64,000 nucleotides of DNA from Basidiobolus meristosporus CBS 931.73. Lineage: Eukaryota > Fungi > Basidiobolomycota. The translations under genes and the position numbers were made by a program. Positions 1-11,508 of the stretch are shown here, piece by piece. The stretch spans positions 1 through 64,000 of the forward strand of contig MCFE01000129.1 in NCBI GenBank assembly GCA_002104905.1. The letters are read 5' to 3'. Numbering within the stretch: the stretch's first letter is position 1; the number at the start of each line of letters is the position of its first letter. The notes under the pieces were generated by a model. It saw only the letters and a program-made list of their open reading frames with translations, was not told the origin of the DNA and searched no databases.

Positions 1-245
1 CTGAGGCAGTACACTCCCTTTATGATTAATATCAATCCTTATCACATTCCCCTCATTAATGTTGTTCACAAGTCATTCTTACCTCTCTTGCTACCCCCCT
101 TCCCACTGAACAGTGTCTTGAGTACTGAAGAACTATCATCACCTCTTGTAAACTTACCTTCAAATTTCCCTCATCTACACAATTGTGTATCAAAGCTACA
201 GCAGTAGCACTGGCTTCTTTGTATCAACTGAAATTAAGATTCACC

Positions 246-600
246 TGTTAGTGACTGTCTCCCCCTAACCCTACCTGGAATATTAATGCTAACCTAGTCA
301 CATATATCTTGTTTGGTGATTAGCATTCTGTTGTGACTAAATTACTTATGAAGATTTACTCAGAATATGATCATCAAATCATCAGGTACCCAGATCAGGA
401 TCTTTCTCAAAGTTGTCCAAGAGACCACAATTGTTGCACACATATTCTTGGGACCTTTTTCAACAAACTCCACATGTTTGTTAGCTCTACTTTATCAAAA
501 GTATAAACACCATAATTTGGTTAATAAACTTACAAGTGAAAAGCATGTAAATTCTTTAGTTCTACGCATCACTTCCATTACCCCTCAGAATATTGCAACA
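246..600 (+). repeat. Divergent copia-family LTR-like sequence (solo/partial)
   Basis: Shares blocks with the copia LTR (CAGGTACCCAGA, CTCAAAGTTGTCCAA, TTCTTGGGACC) and ends TTGCAACA. The 5' boundary is uncertain and there is no TSD. Confidence 0.4.
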
Positions 601-2103
601 TTTGATCAGCAATTCTGCATCCCAAATTGTCAAAGCTGAAACTGAGTCCACTGCTGTGGCCTTGCTTACAGATAGTAGGTTCTTGGCTATTTGTGGTGCA
701 TAGAGTACCTCTTTAAAGGTCAGTGTATGGCTTCCTTCACTGTTTCTAAGGTTTACTTGGATAGTTCCTTCTCCCACTGCATCAAATGTGCTATTGTCAC
801 CCATGAAAACCTTCTTAATTGGAGTTTCTTGATATTGGGTAAAAAGTTCTTTTTGGTGTGTAGAGTGTTGAGATGCTCCAGAGTCAGTATACCACATCTG
901 AGAATCCTTGTTTGTGGTCATATTTAGTGCAGATACAAGTAGTCTATCTTCAGTTGTTGCAGCATTTCCATATTCAGGCTTCTTTTGCAGATTATCTCTC
1001 TTTTTGAGACACTAGTTTGATATGTGTCCTGTCCTTTTGCAGTAGTTGCAAAACAGGTTGCTGTTGCCTTTGTAAGGTGTTGGGTACTTCACTTATTGGT
1101 TATCATTGCTTATTAAAGCATTTTCTTCTTCCTTCTTATTTGAGCTTGATTTTCTTAATTCTTCATCCAGGAGCCTTCCATATAGATAATTTAAGGTCAA
1201 ATCTTCAGTTCTGGACTCTAGGGCTGATACAAGGCCCAGAAACTAATCTGTCAAGCTATTCAGGATGGTAACTATCATATCCTCCTCAGTAGTTGGAACG
1301 CTTGCATATTCCATTTCATCTACCAGCAGGGCAATTAGGCTAATTAGATTTTCATTTCTTCTCCTGGCAGCATCTTTGTAGTAATGAATTTTAGTCTCAG
1401 ATACATTTTCTTAGCAGCTGAGGATGACTGGTAGGTGTCTTCTAATGCCTTTCAAGCATTCTTTGCCATTTTTGCTCTTGAGCATTGAATTAGCATTTTG
1501 TCCTTAACAACAAGGCAAATGCAGTTAAAGGCTCTTTGTACTTTCTTCTGGAACTTTAAGGCTTTCTCTCCCACATTTTTAGGAGGGCATTCTTCTCCCA
1601 TGACAATATCCCAAAGGTCTCTTTCTTATAGTAGCATCTTTATCTTCACCTTCTACACTTGGTAGTTAGATCCATCCAACTTTCAGCAGAGGGAAAAATT
1701 CCAGTGATTGCAGTAGTAGACATTGCAGAGAATGACAGCTTAGGGCTCATAACCGGTTGTAAGAGTCTTAGAGATATTGGAAGTGATTGGGAGGACAAGT
1801 AGATTATGTGGTTTTCACTTAATGATTTATTGAATGTAAAAGTAGTATTTATACTTTTACATTGTCTTGGCATAACAAACATGTAGAGATGGTTAAGAAA
1901 GGTCCCAAAAGCATGTGCGCAAAGTTTGGGGCTGTTTGGACAACTTTGAGAATTCTCATGTTCTGGGTACCTGGCATTTTGGTGAAAATATTCTAGGTAA
2001 ATCCTAATAGTGAATTTGGCCAGTATTCTCTAGGATTTGAAGGTAATGATCTAAGTGACTAAATTAGGAGAATATATAGGTGGAATTACAAACTTTTACA
2101 ACA
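601..2103 (-). mobile_element. Truncated Ty1/copia element: 5' LTR (1755-2103), PBS (1743-1754), decayed gag-protease
   Basis: ORF 562-921 has WYTDSGASQH (copia protease) and VLYAPQIAKNLLSVS. GGGCTCATAACC (reverse-complement PBS) sits next to the LTR. Homologous to 17978-22655. Confidence 0.9.
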
Positions 2104-3410
2104 AGTGTGTGGCTTTCTCCACTACTTCTAAGGTTTACTTGAATAGTTGCCTCTCCAACTGCATCAAGTGTTTTATTATCATGGATGAAAACATTATTAA
2201 TTTGATTTCTTGATATTGACAAAATGTTCTTTTCAATATGTACTGTGTTGAGATACTCCAGAGTCAGTATGCCACATCTTCAGTTGTTGCAGCATTGCCA
2301 TATTCCGGCAATTTTTGCTGATTATCTCTCTTTTTGAGGCACCAGTGTGATGTTTGTCCTTTCCATTTGCAGTAGAAACAAGAACAGATGCTGTTGCCTT
2401 TAAAGGGTTTGGAGTACCTTCTTGTTTGGTTATGATTACTGACCAAGGCATTGTCTTCAACTTTCTTATTAGCACTTGATTTTCTTAATTCCTCATCCAG
2501 GAGCCTCCTATATTAATTAATTAAGGTCATTTCTTCAGTTCTGTACTTTAGGGCTGATGCCAAGCCTTGACACTTGTCTGTCAAGCTATTCATGAGGGTC
2601 ACAATCACATCTTCATCAGTAGCTGGTATATTCACTGACTGCATCTCATCAGACAACAGAGCAATTCTGTTGATAAGATTTGTTGTTTCTTCTTATGACA
2701 GTATCTTTGTAGTTAGGAATTCTTGTCTAATGTCCATTTTCTTAACAGCTACACATGACTGGTTGGCAACTTCTAATACCCTCCAGGCATTCTTTGCTAT
2801 TTTTGCTCTTGAGCATTGAATTAGCAATTTGGCTTATATTAAAGCAAATGCAGTTAAAGTCACTGTGCTCTTTCTTGACTCACACTTTGAGGAGGGCATA
2901 CTTCTCCCATAATAATATCCTTAAGGCCTCATTCCTGTAGCATAATCTTCATCTTCACCTTCCACACCTGGTTGTTGAATCCATCCAACTTTTCTGCTGA
3001 GGTATAACTCCATCAAAAGCAGTAGTAGACATTTTAGATAGTGACTGCTTGGGGCTCATGACTTGTTCCAAAAGTCTTGGAGATATCAGAAGTGACTGGG
3101 AGAACAAGTAGAGTATATGGTGTTCCTTTAATGAGTTATTGAATGTAAAAATGGTATTTATGCTTTAGCATGGTCTTAGCAAAACAATTGTTCAAAATGT
3201 GTTTGGGAAGGTTCAAAAAATATGGGCAAAGTCTGAGATTGTTTAGACAACCTCAAGAGTTTTCATATTCTGGGTACCTGATGGTTTGGCATAAATATCT
3301 TTAGTTGATCCCAACATGGAATTTGGTCAGTATTCTCCAAGATTTTTAGGCAATGATTTAAGTGACTGAGCTGGGTGAATATGTAGATGAAATTACAAAT
3401 CTTTACAACA
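2104..3410 (-). mobile_element. Second, more decayed truncated copia 5' fragment with LTR 3063-3410
   Basis: WHTDSGVSQH in ORF 2233-2475, CCHC-like C..CK.KGQTSHWC in ORF 2264-2446, degenerate PBS GGGGCTCATGAC, LTR ending TTTACAACA. Confidence 0.8.
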
Positions 3411-3960
3411 CCAAGCACATAGCCACTTGACATTATCTCATATGGGATGCTATAGAGAATTAATTATTCAACTTAGCTTACTCACCAATGGATGAGATGA
3501 TTGCAGTCTTATTTACCAAACCATTAGCTAGGGACAGATTTAACTACAGATTTAACTATCTTAGATCATAATTTTGACTAGTTAATTAGAGTATTCTGTT
3601 GAGTGTGGTAAATCTTGTATTACACCTAAATATTGATCAAACTTGGTCACTTGGATCATTACTTACAAATTGCATAGAATGATGGCCAAATTCCGTGTTG
3701 TGAATTACTTGGGGCCTTCCCAAACATATTCTATATGGTTGTTTTGCCAAGAGCATCCAAAGGTACAACTACTACTTTTACATTCAATGAATTATCAGGT
3801 GAAAACAACATACCCTACTTGTTCTTCCAATATCTGCAAAACACTTGAAACAGTTCTACTTAATGATTTATTGAATATAAGATAGTAACTACACTGTTAC
3901 ATGATTGTGACAAGTCAAACATGTAAAATATGTTTAGGAAGGCTCCAAAAACATGCCAAA
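3411..3960 (+). mobile_element. Copia RNase H C-terminus remnant plus rearranged LTR pieces
   Basis: GATGAGATGATTGCAG...ACCAAACCATTAGCTAG matches the pol end at ~22200 and ~49260. It is followed by LTR start TGTGGTAAATC (~3604) and an inverted LTR piece (~3851-3960). Confidence 0.65.
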
Positions 3961-4149
3961 AGAACAAGGCAACCAAGTTCAAGCCTTGGCCAGCACCATT
4001 TGGGTAACTTTCATGATTGCAGTGGTGCAAAATCTTAAATGCAACAATATCGCTCATTACAATGGGTATCTGATTATTCAGCTTAAACAGGATTTATTCA
4101 GATACATTTGGGCGATACTACCAAATTGTATTGGGAACCAGCCCAATAT

Positions 4150-6200
4150 GTACTAATAGAGATTGGCATGACTCTCGATAAAAAGAGATTAGGGGCAGAA
4201 CGGACTAAGGATCCGGCTCTTGAGCAAGGCTATACCCCCTCCATTTCCATTACATGTTTCAAGTTTACCGGAATGCCGAGCTTGATATGACTAGCGTGAG
4301 GGATTTACTAGGATCATTGGGGCTCAATCCTTAATCCGCTCATGACTAACGGTAATAAGCCTTGCGATCGATGGAATCCCCACTGCTTTCTACGATCGAA
4401 ACAAAGCTAGAAGCCGAAAGAGGCGTATTTTTTTCTATGCCTTTTGGGAATTATGATTCTAGTATTTTTAGCATCAGGCCAGCTATCACCACGATCGACT
4501 GCTATCAAGGAAGCCCAGCAATTCTAAATCATTGTCTCGACGAAAAGGCAGGTTTTGTAGATGCTCATGGCATTTAGCGTTTAGATTACCCAATATGGCC
4601 AGGGTGAGGTCATTTTTTTTAGGAAATCGATTCAGTTCAGACGGCATTTGGGGCATTCGGGGCATTCGGGGCATTCGGGCTCTGAAAAGGCAGCAGAGAG
4701 TGAGCGCACCCCCAGGGGCGAAGAAACCTCTGGGAGTTTGTGGTTGAAGCTTCGTGTGCCGCTAATGGTTGACCGCCGTCAGGAAATGGCGTATCATCGA
4801 GGTTCATGGACAGCTAGGCGTCTCCTCAGTTGGAAACCACCGGAGAAATGGGACCAATTGGATTTCCACCGCGATCGCCGATATTATATAATCACCCAGA
4901 TCCAAGTGGTGCCACGAAAGACTATTTTGTAACTTGGAGCTGGGTCGAATTTGCTGAGCCCCAATAGACCATATCTGATCATATGCTAACAATGCCAGAA
5001 CTATTAATCTTATGGTGGTTACGAATGGCGAGGCCATATCATGAACCAAGGCTGACCCGAGATTCCTCTTCCGGCTCCCAGAACCCGAAAGTCCTGGCAA
5101 CGAAGGTAAGCACCTGCTCTCGCATCAGCCTTCGATGGACCCGCGGCGTATGCGACCGAGTGGCTCATGCCTGCACCGAGCCCTCAGACGGTCGAGGGGG
5201 GCCTTACACCCTTCGCCGACAGAGCGCTACCCGATGTTATAGGCTTTTGCACATACTGACACCACTCGGTCTACGGCTGCATCTTTAGAGCCGTAGCCGT
5301 CACTTGATTTCGCCTAAAGGCTACGGGATGTTTCCATACAGGCCGTGAACCGGCCCTTCCAGACTCCCACCAAATATGGGTCGAGGTGCATACTAATAAA
5401 GCGTCTGGAAAATACCATAGGCAGCCTACTTGCTTGATGCGCATCATGCGCGCACCTATCAATCGCCCTTTCCTCTCCTAAACAGCAATCGCTGAGCAAT
5501 CGACCCTTGTGTGATGGAGAGTTCTTTCATGGGCCCGCCCTTGGGCCTGATAGCCGAGCCCTGTATATACGTTCCCCACGGCCAGTCTTTTTTGTTGTGA
5601 CGATCTCTTCAGATAGACCATATTTGCTGGGGACCAAAGCCCGCCACCCCCGTCGGAGTGGGATGCTACGTAACCGTTGGATAACCAGAAATGATACATG
5701 CTTCGATCCTTGAGGCCTCCCTAAGCCCACTGGACACATGGGTAATCTCGCATATTGATGGATCGAAACGCAAGCATGCTACAGTAATGCGGCCATCGAG
5801 GGCTAACCCCCATCCATCCTATCGCCAAGGAAGGGTGCCCACCATTGTCGCATTCGGCCAACGCTAGTCCATTTATATTCGAGATTCGCACTTCAGTATG
5901 CTCCCCCAAACCAGCTTTACGAGGGACACCCGACAACAAAGCAGTCGACCGGCACGCGCCTTGCGATGGTGGTGGACGCGGCTACGCGGTGCCGTAGCCT
6001 ACCGCTGCAATGCGAATCACAAATGGGCGGTCGCGTTCGATGAGCGCCGAATCCTACTGGTCAGGGGCCTATCTAATCAGCTTGTAGCGCAAGCACCAAT
6101 CCCGTAGCAGCCTGCATCGCGCACCTAGCCGGGGGTGCTTCTCGGCAGCAATCTGGCCGTCCCTCTCGGTTCACCCTCCCAGAATCTCACATGAACACGC
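4150..6200 (-). pseudogene. Highly decayed Ty3/gypsy pol relic (RT-RNaseH-integrase order)
   Basis: Manual translation across stops and frameshifts: FRSIN-MRDYP (RT-like), KHPVAF (RNase H-like), CPKCRLN (integrase zinc finger-like), FRIAGLP**QSIVVIAGLMLK, GIPS...ITVSH...SYQARHSGKLETCN (integrase core, cf. DFITGLP..ILVVVDRLSK, HGIP..FTSH..AYHPQTDGQTERTN). No HMM was run. Confidence 0.55.
4643..4679 (+). repeat. Tandem 9-mer (GGGGCATTC)x3 plus partial units
   Basis: Read directly from the sequence. Confidence 0.9.
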
Positions 6201-7035
6201 AATGGACACCAGGGGGTGGCCACGTTGGCCCGCGGAGCAGACGAATCACCGTGGAGAGGGAGTGGGGTTCCCGTTTTTTCGCCACTCACCTGAGGCCGCG
6301 GGTCTTATTCACATTCCCATCCTCATCCCCCTCCCCTCCCTTTCGCTCGATGATGTGGAGGATTGGTAGGTAGGTCAAGTCCCACCTGTTATACAAATGC
6401 AATCTGCAATTTGTTTTCGGAAATCAAATTAATTCAGATCTCGGCCTCATATACAGGGATCTGTTTCATTTACTAAAAAAGGGAAGGATCTCCTACAATT
6501 GGTCGGTAACATTTGGGTACGCACTAACCTAATTTCACATTTGGTTGATCGGAATGGAATTTTGATTGCATGATCTTCGATCATGTTTGGAAAGATTTAC
6601 GATCGACGGAGGAGCCCTCCCTCCGATCTTGCATTGGCGATACAGTGGTGCCTTTATTTAGCTCAGTTGGCTTGCAAATTGTGGGTTTTCTGGTCTATAG
6701 TTGATATGGGGGGTGGAAGTGGGCATAGGGAGGGAAGAGGAGAGGAGAGAGGTGCACCGACCGCAACGATACCATGTGCTGTACCCTGTCAGGAGCGCTT
6801 TCTAAAGAGCATGGTGGCATGGTTGGTAGGAGGAAGCGTGGGAGCTCGTGAGCATGGCCCTTGATGTGTATATTTACATTCCAAGAAGTATTTAAGATGA
6901 GTGATGCCGGAATAATTTAGAGTGTAGGCGGGGCTCCAGGATGCGATTTGGAAAGCAAGAAACTTTATGATCGAGAAAAGAAAAAAAATGAAAACCCAAA
7001 GGGTGGAATGCAAACGAGCGATGCAAACGAAAATT

Positions 7036-8076
7036 TCAGTCTACTTTTCCATTTTCCTTTGCGGCATCCAGGGCCAATGGGACTCTGGTTGACGTATTCT
7101 GGATCCAACGAGACCAGTCCTCAACCGTCAGGCAGTCAAGCGTCTCCTGAAACCTCATCAGCAGCGTGTCGTCTGCCGTGAGCTTCTCCCGTCTCAAATT
7201 TTTCTTTAGCAACACAAAAGCCTCTTCTAGGGGGTTGAGAAACGAGCTATGTAGCGGAAGCGCCAATAGTTGATGTTGGGTATTTTCCGTGAGTTCAGTT
7301 AGGATGACTTCGTGAGTGGTGTACGACGGATCGTACACCAGGCAGTGGCTCGGCTGATCGAGCCTTTCCATGACCGTTTTCATGAAGTTCGTGAAGGCCA
7401 TGGTGTTGAAGGAGCCGATCTGGATGTCGGAATGCAGGATCTGGCTTGCCTTTAGCGCGAGATAGACCGACACGCTCTGGCCAGCTCGTTTGGATCCCTC
7501 GCCGGTTTCGTCGGTGTTCTCCTGGGTGGTTCGGCCGTAGAAATGCTTGAGGTATATGCTATAGCCCGCCTCACCCAGGTACACCACTCGATCATCGAAC
7601 TCGCTTTGCATCGCATCCATTTTCTTCGCAAACTGCTCCCTAGAACGTTCTAGATCATCCTGGTTGTCCCCATCCGATCCTCCCTCAGGGAGTATCCGGT
7701 TGACGGTGAATCCGCGCTTCGCCAATACTCTAGAAATGGTGGAGGATGACACTTGGACCTCAAATTCCTCACAAAGCTCTTGCGTAAGTTGCTTGACTGT
7801 GATGTCTGGCTTGTCGTCAACCCTCTGCGAGATCCATTCGAGCTGTTGTGAATTCAACTTGCTCCTACGATCCCCGCCTTTCTTCAGGGCATTGATTCTT
7901 CCGGTTCTTCTAAACGTGTGTATCACCGCGTACACGGTGACGTATGGTACTTGAAATTCATCCGCCGTCTCCTTGATCGATTTACCTTCGTTGATGACGG
8001 AGTAAATCAGCCTTCTACGTTGTTCGTCGGTCAACTTGTATTTATGGGGTGGCATGGTCCAAGCAGTCTTTCCCAA
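7036..8076 (-). CDS. IS630/Tc1/mariner-like transposase-derived protein, 346 aa, catalytic motifs degenerate (probable domesticated DNA-binding protein)
   Basis: Intact ORF. Two N-terminal HTH regions (SIKETADEFQVPYVTVYAVI; ITVKQLTQEL...VSSSTISRVL) and KGGDRRSKL linker. DDE_3-like core GSFNTMAFTNF and FLNPLEEAF..LK. Catalytic motifs read YLGEAG (D to G), YDPSY (cf. DNA), PLHSSFLNP (cf. PPYSPFLNP). Confidence 0.85.
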   Translation of the reverse strand: MGKTAWTMPPHKYKLTDEQRRRLIYSVINEGKSIKETADEFQVPYVTVYAVIHTFRRTGRINALKKGGDRRSKLNSQQLEWISQRVDDKPDITVKQLTQELCEEFEVQVSSSTISRVLAKRGFTVNRILPEGGSDGDNQDDLERSREQFAKKMDAMQSEFDDRVVYLGEAGYSIYLKHFYGRTTQENTDETGEGSKRAGQSVSVYLALKASQILHSDIQIGSFNTMAFTNFMKTVMERLDQPSHCLVYDPSYTTHEVILTELTENTQHQLLALPLHSSFLNPLEEAFVLLKKNLRREKLTADDTLLMRFQETLDCLTVEDWSRWIQNTSTRVPLALDAAKENGKVD

Positions 8077-8849
8077 GACCTTGACACCAAAGAGAGTAGA
8101 GAATTCTAGAAGTCGATGTCGATGTCGATGTGACTGATAGCAACACTACGGGTGAGGAATTGTTGGGATGCAAGATATCAAGAGATGAGGTGAATGCGAA
8201 CCCGAGCTCTGCGGCTTGCTGTGTGTTATATACCATCACTTAAGAACCGGAACCACCCGCTGATTGGCTGAGCCGAATCAAACCATGCCAAACCCAAAAA
8301 GTCACCAAGGCTCGGATACTTATCTATCCTTAAGGATAATTATATTGATTGTCATTGATCGTCCAATTCATGGCATCTCCTGAGAAGTCATTAGCAATGC
8401 TTGGCCCGTTTTGGAAAGGACATTCTGTTCATCTAGTTGGCACTACCAGTAAACAATAAATTGATGGGATGCACTGAGAAAGTTCCAGATTAGTTAGCAG
8501 TGACTTCTTCGTAAGTGAAAATTCAGGCTACATCATCGATGCCTGATATGGCAGGTTGATCTCTACAACGGATGTTGCCTCATTGGAGCAGGATTATCCG
8601 GAAATGCACAATCAAATCACCTTTTGGAACCGCATAATCCTGAGTGGCCCTGTAGTCACGTGATTTGGCATGGATCCACTTCTATTCCCTTTACCAAATG
8701 CAGCCATTTTCTCTCAGGCTCCATGTATAATTAAGCGGCATCGCCACTTCAACCCAACATGACCAATGTATCTAAATGCATACTAGTCCTGATGACAATC
8801 GTAAATCCCGAAACTCGTCTTAAATGAACGGTGCAGTCATCGACCTCAG

Positions 8850-10200
8850 TCACCCAAGGGTAGGGAGCTCGGTGACAACGGGTGTGCATTGGCGAGAGCC
8901 CGTCGGGAGAGGGGTAGTAAGTTCGGATTCACCACTTCCAGATGGGTGTGCGGCGAACGCAAGCCCACGTTCCTTCACGATGACGCTGGTCACACTTTGC
9001 TCAGGCCGGCTTCTCTGCTTCCGCCAGCTAGCGACGCAACGATCCCTCGGCTCCACCTTACCTTGACGCTGGCTGCCCACCCCCGGCCAGGGTGTGCTTC
9101 GTAGCCTTGCAGCCGGTGCTTCCGATATGCGCTTGCTAGAGAGGCGGCTTTTTTGCTGGTGCTGGCGTCGATAGTCCACCCCAAACCCGCTGCAGGCCAG
9201 GTGCACCACCTTGGGCTCAGACTGGTATGCCCTCTTAAGCAAACTAACTCTACCGAGGGCCTTGACATCATTTGTGTACCAAATCTAGATGTGACAGGTG
9301 TAATCCGCTCTGGATATCATCCTGTTCTCGCCGGAGTCATGGGGACGTGTGGAGGATTACCGCCGCCGTAAATCATCGACTTTTAGGGGATCATCGATGT
9401 AGCGGATCCAGAGCTGAGATCACGAGGTCTCTGGGGGATCATTGTTTTACTGCCTACAAATGGCTGTAGTCTATGGTGACAGTGACGCAAATACTCAGCT
9501 CAGGCATATCCGGGCCAGCCACTCTAATGATGTATACCTGGCCTGAGTTGGCTTGAAACAGCTGGATCACAATGTGCCGACGAAACTTCTCGAACCTTGA
9601 GGAAATTTCCTACGGGGAGGTGATCAGACCATAGGTCATCCGCCGCGGTCTCACAACTGTCTAACGGCATAGACGAATGGGTGCTGGAATGGGTGACCAC
9701 GGTGACGGGAACCTAGTCCCTAGATGATCGCCTTGGGGTGAATGACATATAGGGGATGGGGCTTTCTCTTCCACAGAGTACAATGGTGCCTACCATGTGT
9801 ATTCACCATTTCTGGCACCACCATGGCATCACCCTCTTGTAACGTGCGTGAAGCGTCGTAAATAGACCGGATGATTCATCGGAGGGGTCACATGCGCGCA
9901 ACACCTGCAGCCGGTCCTCGACCGCACTGACTCTCAATGCCACTGAATGCAGGTTCCCGGCAGACGTAGAGCACCGCCCTTAATAGGCAGTATTTTGGCA
10001 GTAGCTCAAGGAAGCGTGGCGACAGCCGGAGTGCATGGGACGCAGCAATCCACAATGCACGCCAAGTCTGCACCTTCCTCATGGCAACTGGCGTAGCGGA
10101 AGCCCCCCGGAGAAGAGACCAACAGACCCTGGGATGACTCAGCTCTTCGCTTCGCTGCCGGTATTGGGATTCCAGAAGTCATGTGGTGGCTGGGTAGGAA
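8850..10200 (-). pseudogene. Probable highly decayed Ty3/gypsy pol relic (integrase core ~8900-9430; weak RT-like traces ~9850-10150)
   Basis: IP*KSMIYGGGNPP, ITPVTSRFG and KSRLSSK...RLRSTPW...QRQGKVEPRDR resemble integrase motifs in the right order. RT traces are weak. Confidence 0.4.
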
Positions 10201-11508
10201 AGGGATCAGGCCATCGCTGAAACCTGATTTCAATTTCACACACTCATTTGGAAGCTCGAGGATTTCCCAGCTACCCAGCAGGGCTGCTTGAGGCCAGTAT
10301 TGGTTGATGGGATTTCCATTTGCGGGCAGGTTGTTCAGCAGCAGCGAATCTACCTCACTTCCACTGCATCGTACAAGTGGCGAATGGCCCTGCGATTCTC
10401 CCTCCTTGCTGCACGGATATTATCTGGTGCGATGGTTTGAAACCCGGCTGCCCCTGGTAGATGATCATTATCAGTTAGATATCGATGGATCCTTCGTGGC
10501 GGTCGACGTTGTCTCCCACCCCTCTAGGGATGGCCAGACTCCGTAGGTGGATCCAGTTTATCTTCCGCTCTCATCCAGAGGTGAGCTGGGGATGTGTGCG
10601 CCATATGGTATCCACGAGCACTGGGCGAGCCGGGAATCCTACCCCTTCAGCCTGCGTTATTGGTGCGGGGAGCAAAGCGGGTCCATTCAGCCCGCCCAGC
10701 GTTGGGGAGATCCAACCTTTTCGGTAGGCCTCCCTCGCTCCGAATGCCTAGGGTGGGCCGAGCCGGTCTTGGATGGCTCGACTTACTTAGCCCTTGTCTC
10801 GCCCACCACCCCATGTCGTACGTGAGCGTGGCCCACCCTAGGGCGTGCAGCGAAGGTCTCGGTGCCTCGTGCGATGGTTCGATAGACTGCCTTCCGATGC
10901 AAATCTCTGATTGAGATCCATCAAGCCAGTCAACTGAGGGCATCATGAGTGCGGCGATGGGCCATGTCCATCCGCCCCTCACTCTCGTTCTGCACAAGGC
11001 AAGCGTATCCCCTAACGTTCCCCGTGAACACCATGAACCTAGAATCCCCGCAGTCGTCAGACCCTCCAGACGAATGCCTCAATTATAACGTGGTTTCATC
11101 CGGGACTTTATTAGTTGATTTGCCATGATTGGGAGTGGATGGAGGGTGAGATGCGGCGCCTATCCATTTGATAAGTCCTGGTTTCTCCCTCCCACAGATG
11201 CGCGATTTAATGCACCCTAAAGCACTACCTGCCAAATATAACCCAGGCTAGGTAACGATCTCTACGGAGATTCCGCCACTTAGCCTGCTACCATGGATCT
11301 GTTCCCTTGTAAACGATCATTTCCCATTCTACGCAACCTTCCATGTAGCAGTGGGGGGAGCATGTGCACGTGGAAGTGTGCGTATATGTGGGTGATGTGA
11401 ATGTATGTGTAGGTGTAGGTGTAGGCGTATATGTATGTATATATGTATGTGGTAATAAAAGCAGTCTGGAAAGGGTAAATGAAAGAGACAAAGCTACACT
11501 ACACTACA

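Noticed and set aside
1-245. 61-aa ORF and pyrimidine-rich segment at the window start
   Set aside because: No motif or second copy is visible. It is probably the tail of an upstream repeat and cannot be assigned.
6659-6670. tRNA A-box-like TAGCTCAGTTGG
   Set aside because: No T-loop (GTTCRA), acceptor stem or cloverleaf follows.
7036-8300. Active Tc1/IS630 transposon
   Set aside because: No TIRs or TA duplication are visible, the catalytic Asp is lost, and the ORF is not CpG-depleted like the real TEs here.
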